DNA from: Lama guanicoe
Lineage: Eukaryota
Assembly: GCA_013239625.1 (NCBI GenBank)
Contig: MU053881.1
Location: 16,608,373-16,672,372 of the forward strand
Direction of reading: 5' to 3'
DNA length: 64,000 bases
The notes beneath the pieces were generated by a model. The model made no database searches and had not been told where the DNA came from. It saw only the letters and a list, made by a program, of their open reading frames with translations. The first letter of the stretch is position 1. Every line of letters begins with the position of its first letter. Shown here piece after piece: positions 1 to 11,360 of this stretch. Both the position numbers and the translations under genes were made by a program.

Positions 1-1010
1 CAGTTAACAAATCAGAATCACATTTAGTATCCTTGCGCCTCTATCCTGGACTTGGATGCAGAGCTACCACATTGAACCTCTCACCCGCTGGGTGCCCAGT
101 AACTTGGCCACCCCAGGCGAATGAATGGCTTCAGGCAGGAACCTGGCCTGCAAAACCGACAGATCCCGGAGGTTTATCAAGTGGGGCCCTGACGGCCAAG
201 CAGGCCTGGAGAGGGATCTGGTCCCTAGGGGAATATTCTGACACGTTGGCAGGACTTGTTAGGAGAAGCCCCCTGTCCTCAGGCCAGGCCCCCCATGCTC
301 AACCTCACAGCCTCATCTCCAATTCTAAACACTCTCCTGCGCCCCTGTGGAGCTCTGCCTTGCCGGGACCTGGGCATCCCAGAGCCACCCTCTCAGCAAG
401 AGCCCAGAAAGGCCCAAAGCCTGCCCCTTGGAACCACCCACACCAAAGGGACAGAAGCGGGAGCTGAAAACGAATTTAAACGCCAGGACAGCAGAGTGGG
501 CTTGTCTGGTGAGCTGCCTCCAGACCCTCACGACTAACACGGCTAACACCTTGGGAAACTAATCCCCCTTTTTAATTGCAAATACCACCCCCCACCCTCG
601 CCTTTTTATTGTTGGGAGCTTGCAGTGCATTTTTCTGCTCACCCATGACTTTTTTTTTTAACTCAGTGAGATAGTAAATGTGTTGCCACTCGAAAATGAA
701 TCACTTTGAAACAGGCCTGCATGTGAGATTTTTAAAGATGATGTAAATTTTAGCTGCGGTGGGTGGGGAGGGGAGGGGAGGGGGGGTCATCTGAAGTGGT
801 TTTCTTGTCAGGCCCACAAACCATTAAAGCCCCCCCAGCCCCCCCAGCCCCAGCGGCATTCCAGCTCCTTCCAAAGAGGGATAGGGTTTCCCAGGGAGCC
901 CGTGCCTGGCCCCTCCGTCAGGGACTCTGTTCTGTCCACGGTCAGTAACTTGTATTTCTTTTTTTTCTCCTTTTTTGTTTTTCTTTTTTCCTCTCTCCTA
1001 AACTTTCCAG

Positions 1011-1216
1011 GTAAAAGCACACCCGTAAGCCAGCTTGGTTCTGCAGAATTTCCCGAGGCCCCCGATCCATTCCAGCCACTTGGGGCTGACAGCAGTGACC
1101 CGTTCCAAAATAAAAAGGGGTTTGGGGACCCGTTTAGTGGAAAAGATCCATTTGCTCCTTCCTCTTCAGCTAAACCTTCTAAAGCCTCTTCCTTGGGCTT
1201 TGCAGACTTCACCTCT
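1011..1216 (+). CDS. EPS15L1: EPS15L1 (Eps15R) penultimate coding exon, DPF-repeat AP-2-binding region; read-through of the donor gives the alternative C-terminus ...ADFTSVS* (stop 1223-1225)
   Basis: Long polypyrimidine tract and ttccAG acceptor ending at 1010. Translation [69 protein letters not shown] has four DPF motifs. GTAAGT donor at 1217. Matches the recalled Eps15R C-terminal region, and synteny with KLF2 agrees. Confidence 0.93.
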
Positions 1217-1387
1217 GTAAGTTGAGTTCTCCACCTCCGCGCCATCCCCTACCCTCCCTCCGCTTGCAGCTTCTTCGGGGTTACTTTTCTGTCTCTTTTG
1301 AATAGCAGACCTCCTTCCCGGCTCACATCTCCTCGGTACCTCACGCTATCACCCTTGTTATTTATTCTGTAAGGAAAACAGTTTCTC

Positions 1388-1393
1388 AATAAA
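1388..1393 (+). terminator. Candidate intronic poly(A) signal for the short EPS15L1 isoform
   Basis: AATAAA about 160 nt after the read-through stop, with GU/U-rich sequence downstream. It overlaps a genomic A10 run. A second AATAAA is at 2391-2396. Confidence 0.5.
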
Positions 1394-4300
1394 AAAAAAA
1401 GAGCTCTGGTTTGGATACTCTGTGATAAGGGCGCGTTTTCTTCTGGCAGGGTGGCCCGTATGCCTGTATTTCTGCCCTTCCTGGTAGATTGTGTTATTTC
1501 TGTTGCCCTGAGGCTGCGGTGTTCATTGATTTTGACACCGCAGGGGTGGGGGGGAGCCAAGATGTCAGATGCTTCTGAAGTATGACAACAAGATTGCAGG
1601 AGTTGCATTCGTGTTTTGCTGTCCTCAAAAAAGTCCCTGTGCCAGAGTTCTGATGGTCCCATCCTGGTGCCTTTTGTGCAGCAAGTGTGAATTGAAGGAC
1701 CCAGGCAGCTCACACGGAGGGAGAGCAATTTGACTTTTTAAAACTTTTATCTCAATTACCAGCTACGATGAAAACTGAATTGCAATTTAGAACAAGCGCT
1801 CTGAAGTTCCTTCCTTTTGCCAGAAAAAAAAAGGAAAAAAAAAACCAACTCAGAAAGTCATTAAGCATCGTTAAGTGCCTTTTCAGAAGCTAATCCGGGG
1901 ATTTTGAAAGTCTGGCTTTGTTTCTTGGTGTGAAAAAAAGATTCCAGATTGTAAAACTGTCACATCAGGGTGTTTTCAGTCCCCTCCTCGGTACCCGTGA
2001 GTCTTGTTCTCAGAGAGCATCAGATAGTGTCTTCTCAGAATCAGTTTCAGTCTCTGTTGTGCACCTATGTTTTTTAAAAAAAAAAAAGTTTTCTTCACTT
2101 GATTTTGCAAAAGTACCTTGTTTCCTCATTGGATGTGAGATGTATTGTTTATAGATGCTTCCACTCCTAGAATATCCGTTTTAGAACAAACTCTGCCACA
2201 TCAGTGCCCAGCAAACACCCGCTTCATTTCAGATCCACCCCGTGCACAGCTATCCTGTGGCTGATTGGTATCGCCCAAGACGGTGACACTTTCCTGGCTC
2301 TGGGCAACCTGTAAATATTTTATGACTACAGTTAGCTGGTTTTGTTGACAGCCAGTGCACACTGGATATATACAAATGGCAACATTGTTAAATAAAAGCC
2401 AGATACAAAACCTGCTTTATCTGCAGTTTCTTGAATAGCGCTGCCTTTATTTTTCAGTGGAAAAATATTGAACCCCATGAAAAAAATAGAGCTATTCACG
2501 CCTGATTCAGGTGGGGTAGGGCGGAAGGGTAAGTGGATTTGAACGGCAATTTGAAGAAAAGACTGTTCTCTTTCTGAAATGCACTTTCTGAAACGCACAG
2601 TTCTGTTTCCTGTGCCCCTCCACCCCCTGCCCCTTCCCCCTCCCTCTCCCTCTCCCGATGGCTGGTTTTTGGAAAACATTTTTTTTTAAACCCCAAGGCT
2701 TCAAGCTATCATTTGGCCCAACATATCTGGCCATTCCAGAACAGTTGTTAACTTCAACTTTAAAACACCCCTGGTATTTAATCGCCGTCAATTCCAGGCA
2801 AGGAATTGGATTCTGCCCAGTGTACAGCCTGGCTGTTTTATGTTTAGAATCACTTTTCCCGCTTGGGACGCCCCAGTTTTTCCAGGGGAAAATCACCTGA
2901 TCAGGAGACTTGGCCCACTCTGATAGGATTTGGGAGAGGCAGGACACCTGACTGGTTTGGTTTGTCCCCCTCGGTGATACCATGATTGACTGTCAACTGC
3001 CCTACCTCCGGGGATCAGGATGTCTGTGCATTTTCATGGTGTCTGGGAGCTCCATCCATTGGCTGGTGGTGTCTAGGTTCACTGGACCTCAAAGATCTGT
3101 GCTAATTCGGAAAAGGCCAGAGTTGTTTCCTCTGGTTTGTGTATTTCAGCTTCCCCAGGTAGACGCTGAGAGGTCTCTGCCCAGCAGGCTGGCAGTGTGA
3201 CTCTCAGACTGGATGTTCTAAGAGTGCCACTGGGACACATTGTTACCTGTGCGAAAGCAGCTTGGTCCGTGTTGGAGTTCAGGGAAGCCAGTGTCACATG
3301 TGAACCAAACCCCACCCCCATCCTTGGCGCCCCAGCTCTGCCACCCTGGAACCTTCTGATTTACAAGCCCCGTGTTTCTGTCAATGGGTTACTGTTGTGC
3401 TTGTAGCTGTTCACGGGAAACCTCTCCAGTATTTCTTTTAGAACGAGCCTTTCTGTCTTAAGCGAGTTTGTCTTTTAGGAAGTAGCATTGATAGGTTAGC
3501 AAAAACGCTTTTTTTTTTTTCCGGAAGTGTGCAGTAAGAACAGAGCAAATATCAGATGGGTTAAGTCACGCTTTGCGTCGTCGAGTGAGTTGGATGTGAT
3601 TTCAGCAGCAGAATAAATGAGTTAACAGAAGGTAGCTAGAAGCATCCCATGAGTGACGCGGACGTGCCAGTGGACACCCCGGGGCACGTGTATGCATCCC
3701 CGGTGAGGAAAGGCACTGGTGCTTCACGCGCAGGCCTCTGAACCTCGGTTTCTGCAGGGAGGCTGCTGCAATAAAACCGCTCAGTGACCGTCAGGCCCCG
3801 GCGAGGGAGGCATCTCAGAAGGACAGAGTGCTCGTGCCCTGCTGGGTCTCGGGTCCACGACGTCGCAAGAGCAAAGCAGAAATCAGAGCGTGCCATTCAC
3901 AGAGCAGCTACTGCGCCCACAGGCGTTCCCAAGTCAAAGTATCCCCACCAAGGCCAGGAAGGGTTTTCTGCTGACTCGAAACACAGCAGGAGCCACAGAG
4001 AAGCCCCTTCCTCCAGTCTCTCTCAGTCATCACCGTCCATCCTGCTTCTCATGCACGCAGACCACGTGCCTGATGCAAGTCTCCATCCTGGATCCCAAGC
4101 TGACTTCAGACCAGCCCATTCTGAAGGCATCTGGAACATTCCTGTCAGCACATTTACTTTGAAAACACAAACTCCTTGAGCAAGAGGCTCTGCGGTGATG
4201 TCCTGAGACACTGGGGCTGAGCAGGCACCGTGGTGTGGGTGCAGCCTGCGGTCCCTGGCCCTGGGGCCTCAGCCGATCCCTGACTCCTCCAGGCCCTGGT

Positions 4301-6423
4301 TCTTGGCTTTGGTCTGGACCACCTCGGTCATCCCTCATCGGCACCCACTCACCCTCTCCTCTGGGCTGGGAGGGCGAGGTCTGTCGGCCTAGCGGTCCTC
4401 TCCTGCTGCTGTCAGTGGCACCGTGGAGTATTCCATCTGTATTTGTTGTTTTTTCCTTGTTTTTCTCCTAAAGAGATGTTGGAAAATTCCCTGAAGAGTA
4501 TAGGGACGGGGGATGGAGGTGGGAGGACAGTTGTCTGTGACCAGAGGTGGAGACATTAGGGGTGGGGACCAGTTTTCGGGAGTCCAACCTGGAGACCCTT
4601 CAGACTCCTGAGCGTTTTTTCTGGGCAGTTTCTCTGAGAAACCAGGACTAAGCCTTATTCCTGGGGACAGCTCCTCTTTCTCCATGCTGACCCCCACCTG
4701 CCCGACTCCCGAGGCAGGTGGAAAGAGGCCTCCTGGGCTGTCCTGCCTCCTCTGCCTCCTGGAGGCCTCCAGGTTCCCCTCACCTGGCCCTCCCTGCCCC
4801 AGTCCCTACTCTCTGGCCCTGTCTCACCCCAACACTGGCCATTAGGTCACAAAACACTCAGAAGCTGCCAGTCTGGTAACACAGTTGCCCCACTCGCTTG
4901 CCCAGGGAGCCTCCTTGCTGGGACCCATAAGCCCCTCGAGGTGCGGCCCCTTCCACCTGTGCTTTGTTCTGGCAGCACCAGTTCTGGGCACTGGGCTGCC
5001 CACAGCTGGAACTGCACTGGGGATGGTGCCCAGGCCTCCAGGGCCCGTTGCTGTCCTGTACCCTGACTTTGCAGTGACAGCTGACACCCTCCCCCCAACC
5101 AGGGAGGAGTCCAGAGTCCCGAGGGCCCAGGCTCTGCACGCTCCCCCAGGCCGTGGTGTTGCCAGCTGTCAAAGCCCACCTCCTGGGTTGTCACTCAGAC
5201 CGCGTGTGTGTATGTGAAGACATGGCCATGCATTCCTGTCTCTGTTCCTCCTCGGTGCTCCTGGGAGGTCTGCAAGGGCCTCTGTGAGAGCCTCGCTCAG
5301 ATCAGGATTGTCCGTGGGACTCTGCTTCCGAGGCACCTCTTTACCTTTGGTGTCATCCAGTGGTTCCTGGTGCAGAGTCCATGCACAGAAGAGACGCTGA
5401 TTAAGGGAGGCCAGGAGCCCGAACGGGCTGCAGCTTTGCTCAGGGCTGCCTACCTGGAGACAGAGCCCCATGGCTGGGACGTCTGGGACGTCAAGGACCC
5501 ACCCAGGGAAAGAGCATGTAAGATCTGGCTTTGCTTTTCTTTCCGTGGAGCTCAGGTACCTTGAATGGTGTGAAGTCACCTGTCTTGGGATCAAAACTGT
5601 CTCTTCCCTTGTTTTGAAAAATTATTTTTTAAAAAATTGAAACTTTCGGGAAAGGACCCCAAGAATGGAGAACTCCTGGACTGAACAGCAGCGTAAACGC
5701 TGGGGCTCCTGTAAACCTTCAAGTTCGAAGTGGCTCTCAGTGTCTCCCTGAGCTCTCAGGACCGTAGCTCAGGTGCAGATGCCCCGTTTCAAGACCGTGT
5801 CGTCTCCACCTTTCGCCTCAAGGCCCCTTTATGTGTTTGAAACTCAGAGATGTGCCCGAGGCAGAACTCTCCAGCCAGCCCCAGCACCTCTCACCCAGGC
5901 ATCGAGGCCCGGGCTCTGCGAGTTCGCTGTCCCAGCTCCTCAAGGCTCAGCTCACTGATCTCTGCTCCCCAGCTGCTTCCAGAGATGCCCCAGCTGGCCT
6001 CTCCCTCATACCCCGTGAAGCCTCCTGGACTCGGTCCTAGGGGATCGCCAGAAGTCTCTCAGTATCCCCCAACTGATGCCTGGCTGCCACCTGCTTCTGC
6101 TCCCTGCAGTGGTGGGACAGCAGGTTTCTATGAGGCTGGAGGTGACAGTTAAGGTCAGACTCAGCTCTGCGTCTCCATGCATGTGGCCCCTTCCAGGCTA
6201 GGGTCAGGACTGGGGCATGCTTGTCCCTTCCCAACCCCCAACCAAGACAAGGGCTTCTGGCTTTTTCTGGTTTTCACCTGCACCCTGGGCACCTCCCCCC
6301 ATGAATCCCAGCATCGCAATCCCCTGCTCCCACCCACTGGCGACAGGCCTCTGTGTTCTCCTGGCCCCAGCCAGCAGGCAGCTCCGGGACTGGGTAACCC
6401 AACCTCCGTTTTTTCCTTTGCAG

Positions 6424-6570
6424 TTTGGCAATGAGGAGCAGCAGCTGGCATGGGCCAAGCGGGAGAGCGAGAAGGCAGAACAGGAGCGGCTGGCGCGGCT
6501 GCGGCGGCAGGAACAGGAGGACCTGGAGCTGGCCATTGCGCTCAGCAAGGCCGACATGCCCGCTGCCTAG
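6424..6570 (+). CDS. EPS15L1: EPS15L1 last coding exon with two ubiquitin-interacting motifs
   Basis: ttttttcctttgcAG acceptor at 6423, phase 0, compatible with the 1216 donor. Encodes FGNEEQQLAWAKRESEKAEQERLARLRRQEQEDLELAIALSKADMPAA*, with tandem UIMs typical of the Eps15 family. Confidence 0.95.
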   Translation, partial: FGNEEQQLAWAKRESEKAEQERLARLRRQEQEDLELAIALSKADMPAA

Positions 6571-7095
6571 GCGAGGCCACCGGCCACCATGCACGTGCCC
6601 GCCGGCAGGACGGCCGCAGCGGTGGGCCTGCGACAGGCAAGAACTCGGAGGTCTCTACATATACACACACACTCAGCCTCGGCGGTTCCCGTTTCATGTT
6701 GTGACATGTCACAGCCACTCTTAGGTCAAGGATTCGCTGGTCGGGGGGCCTCGGGCTCTGGGTAGCTCGCCCGGGGCGAGGAAGCACAGCTCACCCTGGT
6801 GGAGGCACCCCTCGGAGAGGCCCGCGGGCCCACCTCTCTGCTGTGACATCCCTGCCCAGTGGCAGCACCCAGCCCTTCCTCCCTGCTGGAACCAGCAGAG
6901 GAAGCACCCGACTCCTTGCCTTTCATCCCCTGCTCACAGCCGGGCCAGTACCGTGCCCAGGGCTCACCCACCTGATGCCTCCCCGACCTCCCTCTGAGAC
7001 AGACACCCTGGTGATGTATGCATTCATTGTATAAAAATTAAGTTTGAATGATTAATATAAAATATTTTAATACAAAACACAAGATTCTTTTTCTT
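6571..7095 (+). other. EPS15L1: EPS15L1 3' UTR (distal isoform); end approximate
   Basis: GC-rich UTR ending in an AT-rich block with variant hexamers TATAAA (7030, 7056) and AATACA (7069), followed by a T-rich tract at about 7086-7100. Confidence 0.55.
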
Positions 7096-8014
7096 TCCTT
7101 CCCATTTAAACGTTTTCCTTGCACTAGCGTTCCCACCCGGTGTCAGAGGTGGGCGGCCTCGGGCACGGAGGTGGAAGCCAGCTCCAGCCCTCCCGTTTAA
7201 ATCCCAAGCGTTTGCGCAAGCTCTCGGGCCATAGAGAAAGTCCATTTTGGAAGTTTTCCGGGTTCGCCCGGTCTCTCAGGATGCAGAGTGCTTCAGAACC
7301 GGCTGGCTGGGACCTCCCTGTGGCTAGAGCAGGCGGCCCTTGTCACGACACTGCAGTTTGAACTCAGACTCCTGCACACGCTTCCCTGGGGCCTCGTCCA
7401 GTCTCTGAGAGGGACAGCAGGGCAGGCCTCACATCACGGGCCTGTCCTCGGAATCGGAATACTGGGACGGCTTTCCCCCAGGACGCAGCTGCAGTCCCCT
7501 GGAACATTCCAGAAGCTTGCACAAAACCGTTGGGACGACCTCAGAAACTGGTGAGGGTACCGCAGATTTGCCCCGTGCTTTGCTCCTCGCTGTCCCCAGG
7601 TAGACGAAACAGCCCAGGCCAAGTCCTCTCTGGGGAAGATGACCAAAACTGGTGAAGCTCAGTGGCCTGAGCCCAGAGAAATGAGTGCAGGAAACTCCAA
7701 CCCCAGAACCACACAGGAAGGGGGCGAGATGCCACTGCAAGGACCGAAGAGGCCCAGAATGTTGCACATCAGAATCGGCCTTTACTGAAAACGGCAGGGC
7801 AGGCACGGGCCCAGCCCCTCTGGTATCTGAGAAGCCCTTCTTTTGAAAAGTTCCTTTTCAGTGTGTGTCCTGGGTCTCTGGGACCCGGTTTTTGCCTCCT
7901 CCTCCGTCCTTCCCCAGCTGGGCCAGGGCTGATAACAAACTTCTACCCCAAATGCTTTATCCCAGCCAGAGAATCATTCTGAGAAGCATTTATTTGCCTG
8001 TTTTTGCATTTTAG

Positions 8015-8550
8015 TGAACTTGATTTTTCAGATTAGTTTTAGCTCTGTGGGAAAATCACAAAGACCATACAAAGAATTCCCATAAACCCCTCACAATTTC
8101 CTGTATTTTTATCTTTTTACCCTAGGCTGGTCTGTTCATTATGATGAAGGAACCCAATATTGAGACATAATTGTTAACTAAAGTCCACGCTTTATTCACA
8201 TCTCAGTTTTTTCCCTAATGTCCTTTTTCTGTCCCAGCATCTCATGCGACCATTGGTTGTCATCTCTCCTTAGGTGCCTCCGGACCAAGACAGTTTCTCA
8301 AACTTCCCTTGGTTTTGACAATCTTGACAGTTGTGAGAACTGGTCAGCTGTCTTGTGTGTTGTCCCCCGTTGGGATCTGTCCCATGTTTTTCTCATCGTT
8401 AGTCTAGGGTGGCGGGTCGGGGGTGGGGGGGCCTCAGGGCTGAAACGTCCTTCACATCGCATCAAGAGTCCATGTCAAAAAAAAAAAAAAAAAGAGTCCA
8501 TGTCAGCAGCACGATTCCTCACCACTGATGTTGACCTTCATCACCCAGGG
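8015..8550 (-). mobile_element. L1MC-like fragment
   Basis: attgagacataattgttaactaaagtccac...cagtttctcaaacttcccttggttttgacaatcttgacag. Confidence 0.6.
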
Positions 8551-10974
8551 AGAGATTTGTTTATTTACTTACTTTGAGAGATTTGTTTTTGGAAGACAGC
8601 TTTTCGGACTCAGGTGTTTAGTTACACGGCCTTGTCTCAGGGTGATACTCCGTGAGATTGAAAGTAAAGCAGAAATTAGGGTTTACAGCAGATTTAGGGG
8701 AATGAGGAGATCCCCCAGGACAGCGAGCCCTTGGTGCCCTCCCTGAGATCCTGGAGGGGATGAGATTCCTTGGTGGCTATGGAGAGGCCTTGCCTTTCTG
8801 TCGGCAGCGGTGACGTGGGTCTAGGACGCAGTGCCTGGTGCGAGGCTTGTGGACTCCCTAACCTCTGACATGCCCCTGATCCTCTCTGGAAGAGCAAGCA
8901 GCTTCCAGACAATGTCCGAAGGCGATCTCTAAGGCTTTCTCTTCCTGCAGTGTAATCAGAATAAATCCGAAAAGCCTGATTCCGCAGGCCCCTACCGTCG
9001 ATACCCTGACCACGTCACCTCTCTCTGAGGTGGTCACAGCTCCCCATTTGAACCTGAGACCCACACTCTATTTTTGGTGAAAACCGCCCCATTTTCAGAA
9101 TGATTCAACACCCATCATTTTGTTCTAATCTCAGAGCAGCCTGGCAGTGAGGAGGGTGGGGTGTTAGCCCATTCTCCTGATGGGAAAACTGAAACTTGGT
9201 GTCTGCAGTCATTTGCCCAGAGCCTCACAGCCAGCCAGTGGCGGTGGCTCAGCGTTTTGCTGATCTTAAAAAAGGTGTGTTTCTTGTTGCCTGCTGCTCC
9301 GCTGCATATCCGTTGCATCTAGAAAAGGTATACAGTAAGAGTCTCTGTGTCTTGGAAATGGAAGACCAGGCATTGCATTAGGAGTTCTCACCCAACGACA
9401 TGGGAGGGGCTTTAGGGAATCCGTGAACCCCTGAATGCACATTCATGTATCTTTCTTGTTCATGTGTCCATTATTTTTTAAAATCCGACCCTTAAGAGTT
9501 TTCCAGTTCCCCCCCACCAGAAAAGGTTACAAGCCAGTTTTAAATCCTGTTTCCTTCTCCCCCAGCCTCATACACACACTCACACACACACATACCTGCT
9601 GTGTAAATAATCAGTCTCAAACCCACCAATCCATCCACACTCCCATGGGTTCTCTCTGCCTCTTCCTTGGCAGAGAACATTCACACCCTTTCCTGAAAAA
9701 CGGAGTATCTAGTTTCAAAAAATTTATCACGAAAATCTCCAAACACAACAGCAGCAAGAAGAGTACCGTAAACCCCCCACACCCATCACTCAAGCGTCAC
9801 TCTCCCCCGGATTTTACCACCTTTGCTTCACACATCCCTTTTTCTTCCTTTTCTTCTCTTTGCAGACATGCTTTAAAGCAATTCAGTGATGATGTCACTT
9901 CATGCTCCCACGGTCAAGTGCACGTGGCTAAGACATGTGGGACCTTCTCACCTAACCACCACGCCATGGTCACACCTAACAAAATTAGGAGTAACACCCT
10001 CCTTCCATCAGTCATGTCTTTCAGATGAGCAGCAACTTTTGATTTTGCAGTGTCATCCATTTACTGCTCTGGTGCTTGGAAGTCTTTGTCCCCTTGGGAG
10101 GTGATGCCCCCTGGCTCCCTCCCGTGACAGCTGATTCCCAGCCCCATCACAGTCCAGCAATCCAGCTCCAGCTGCAGTTGGACCAGAACCCAAGGGTCTG
10201 GGATACCTGGTCTGAGCAGGATTTTGCAAACGGGTGACTGATTATCTGTGACTTGCTCCAAGTAAATGAAGTCACATCTTCAAAGCCAGTTTCATTTAAA
10301 AGGACATTCTAGTCCTGGAACATTTGTGGAAAGCTATTTTTAAAACAGGAAGCACCTGAGAAACAAAGAACCTGCTTCTTGAAATAATGGAGTAAATATT
10401 TCTGCCCCCTTATCAGATCTGGTGTCTTTGAAACATGGTCCTTTTTTGTTTTTTGTTTTTTTCCCAAAATTTTCCCTAGTAAAAGTTACCAGGAGCTATA
10501 CAAATTGTATCACGAGCTCTTGTTGGAAAAACATAAAGGGAAGTGGAAATGTGATCCTTATCGCAAGCGTATTCCAAAGGAATTACGTGATGTGGGCTTG
10601 CGTGGTTGGAGCCTTGTTTACATGTAGCGGGTCTTTAAATATCGCGTTTTGATTTGCTCTCTGGCGGCCGTGCTGTGTGTGCTCTGCTTCGTGACCTTGG
10701 GCCCCCTACCTAACCGCTCTGGGTCTCAGTGTCCTCTTTTGGCTGAGGAGGTTGGACTAGACAACCCCTGAAGATCATTTTAGCTCTGAAATCCTTAAGA
10801 TAGTGTTCCAATCTCTAGAAAGGCACACATTTTAGGATTTTAGGTAACATGAAAGAAGCAAATGGAACAGATGACCTCCTGCTAGCCTCATTTTTATTTA
10901 AAATATTTTGTCCACATTTAGACAGTTTTGTATTAGAATCATCAAATTTACTAAGAGATAACGAACTTACTTAT

Positions 10975-11135
10975 TCCCACCACTGAACAGAAATGATAAT
11001 TCTGTAAGGTGATAGAGGTGCTAATTGCTACAATGCAATCATATTACAACATATACATGTATCAAATTAACCTGTTATACAGCTTAAATTTACCCAATGC
11101 TATATGTCAAACATATTTCAAAAAAACTTTTAAAG
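10975..11135 (+). mobile_element. L1 3' end fragment
   Basis: gtgatagaggtgctaat...atatacatgtatcaaattaac...aaatttacccaatgctatatgtcaa plus A-rich tail. Confidence 0.6.
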
Positions 11136-11229
11136 AAAAATATTTTCCATCATAAAAATTAAAAAAAAAATTCACCCATTTGATAGTTTTTGATAGCCAT
11201 TTGATAGGTAAGGGAGAGATTAATTTAAA

Positions 11230-11360
11230 TGATGATAGTTTGATATGCTGTAATATAGTATAATATAATATCATGTAATACATATAAATAATATAAATCA
11301 ATACTATAACTATATCAACATCTATATATCTCAATAATACAATTATATATGTTATAGACT
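11230..11360. repeat. TA-rich low-complexity tract
   Basis: Direct inspection. Confidence 0.8.
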
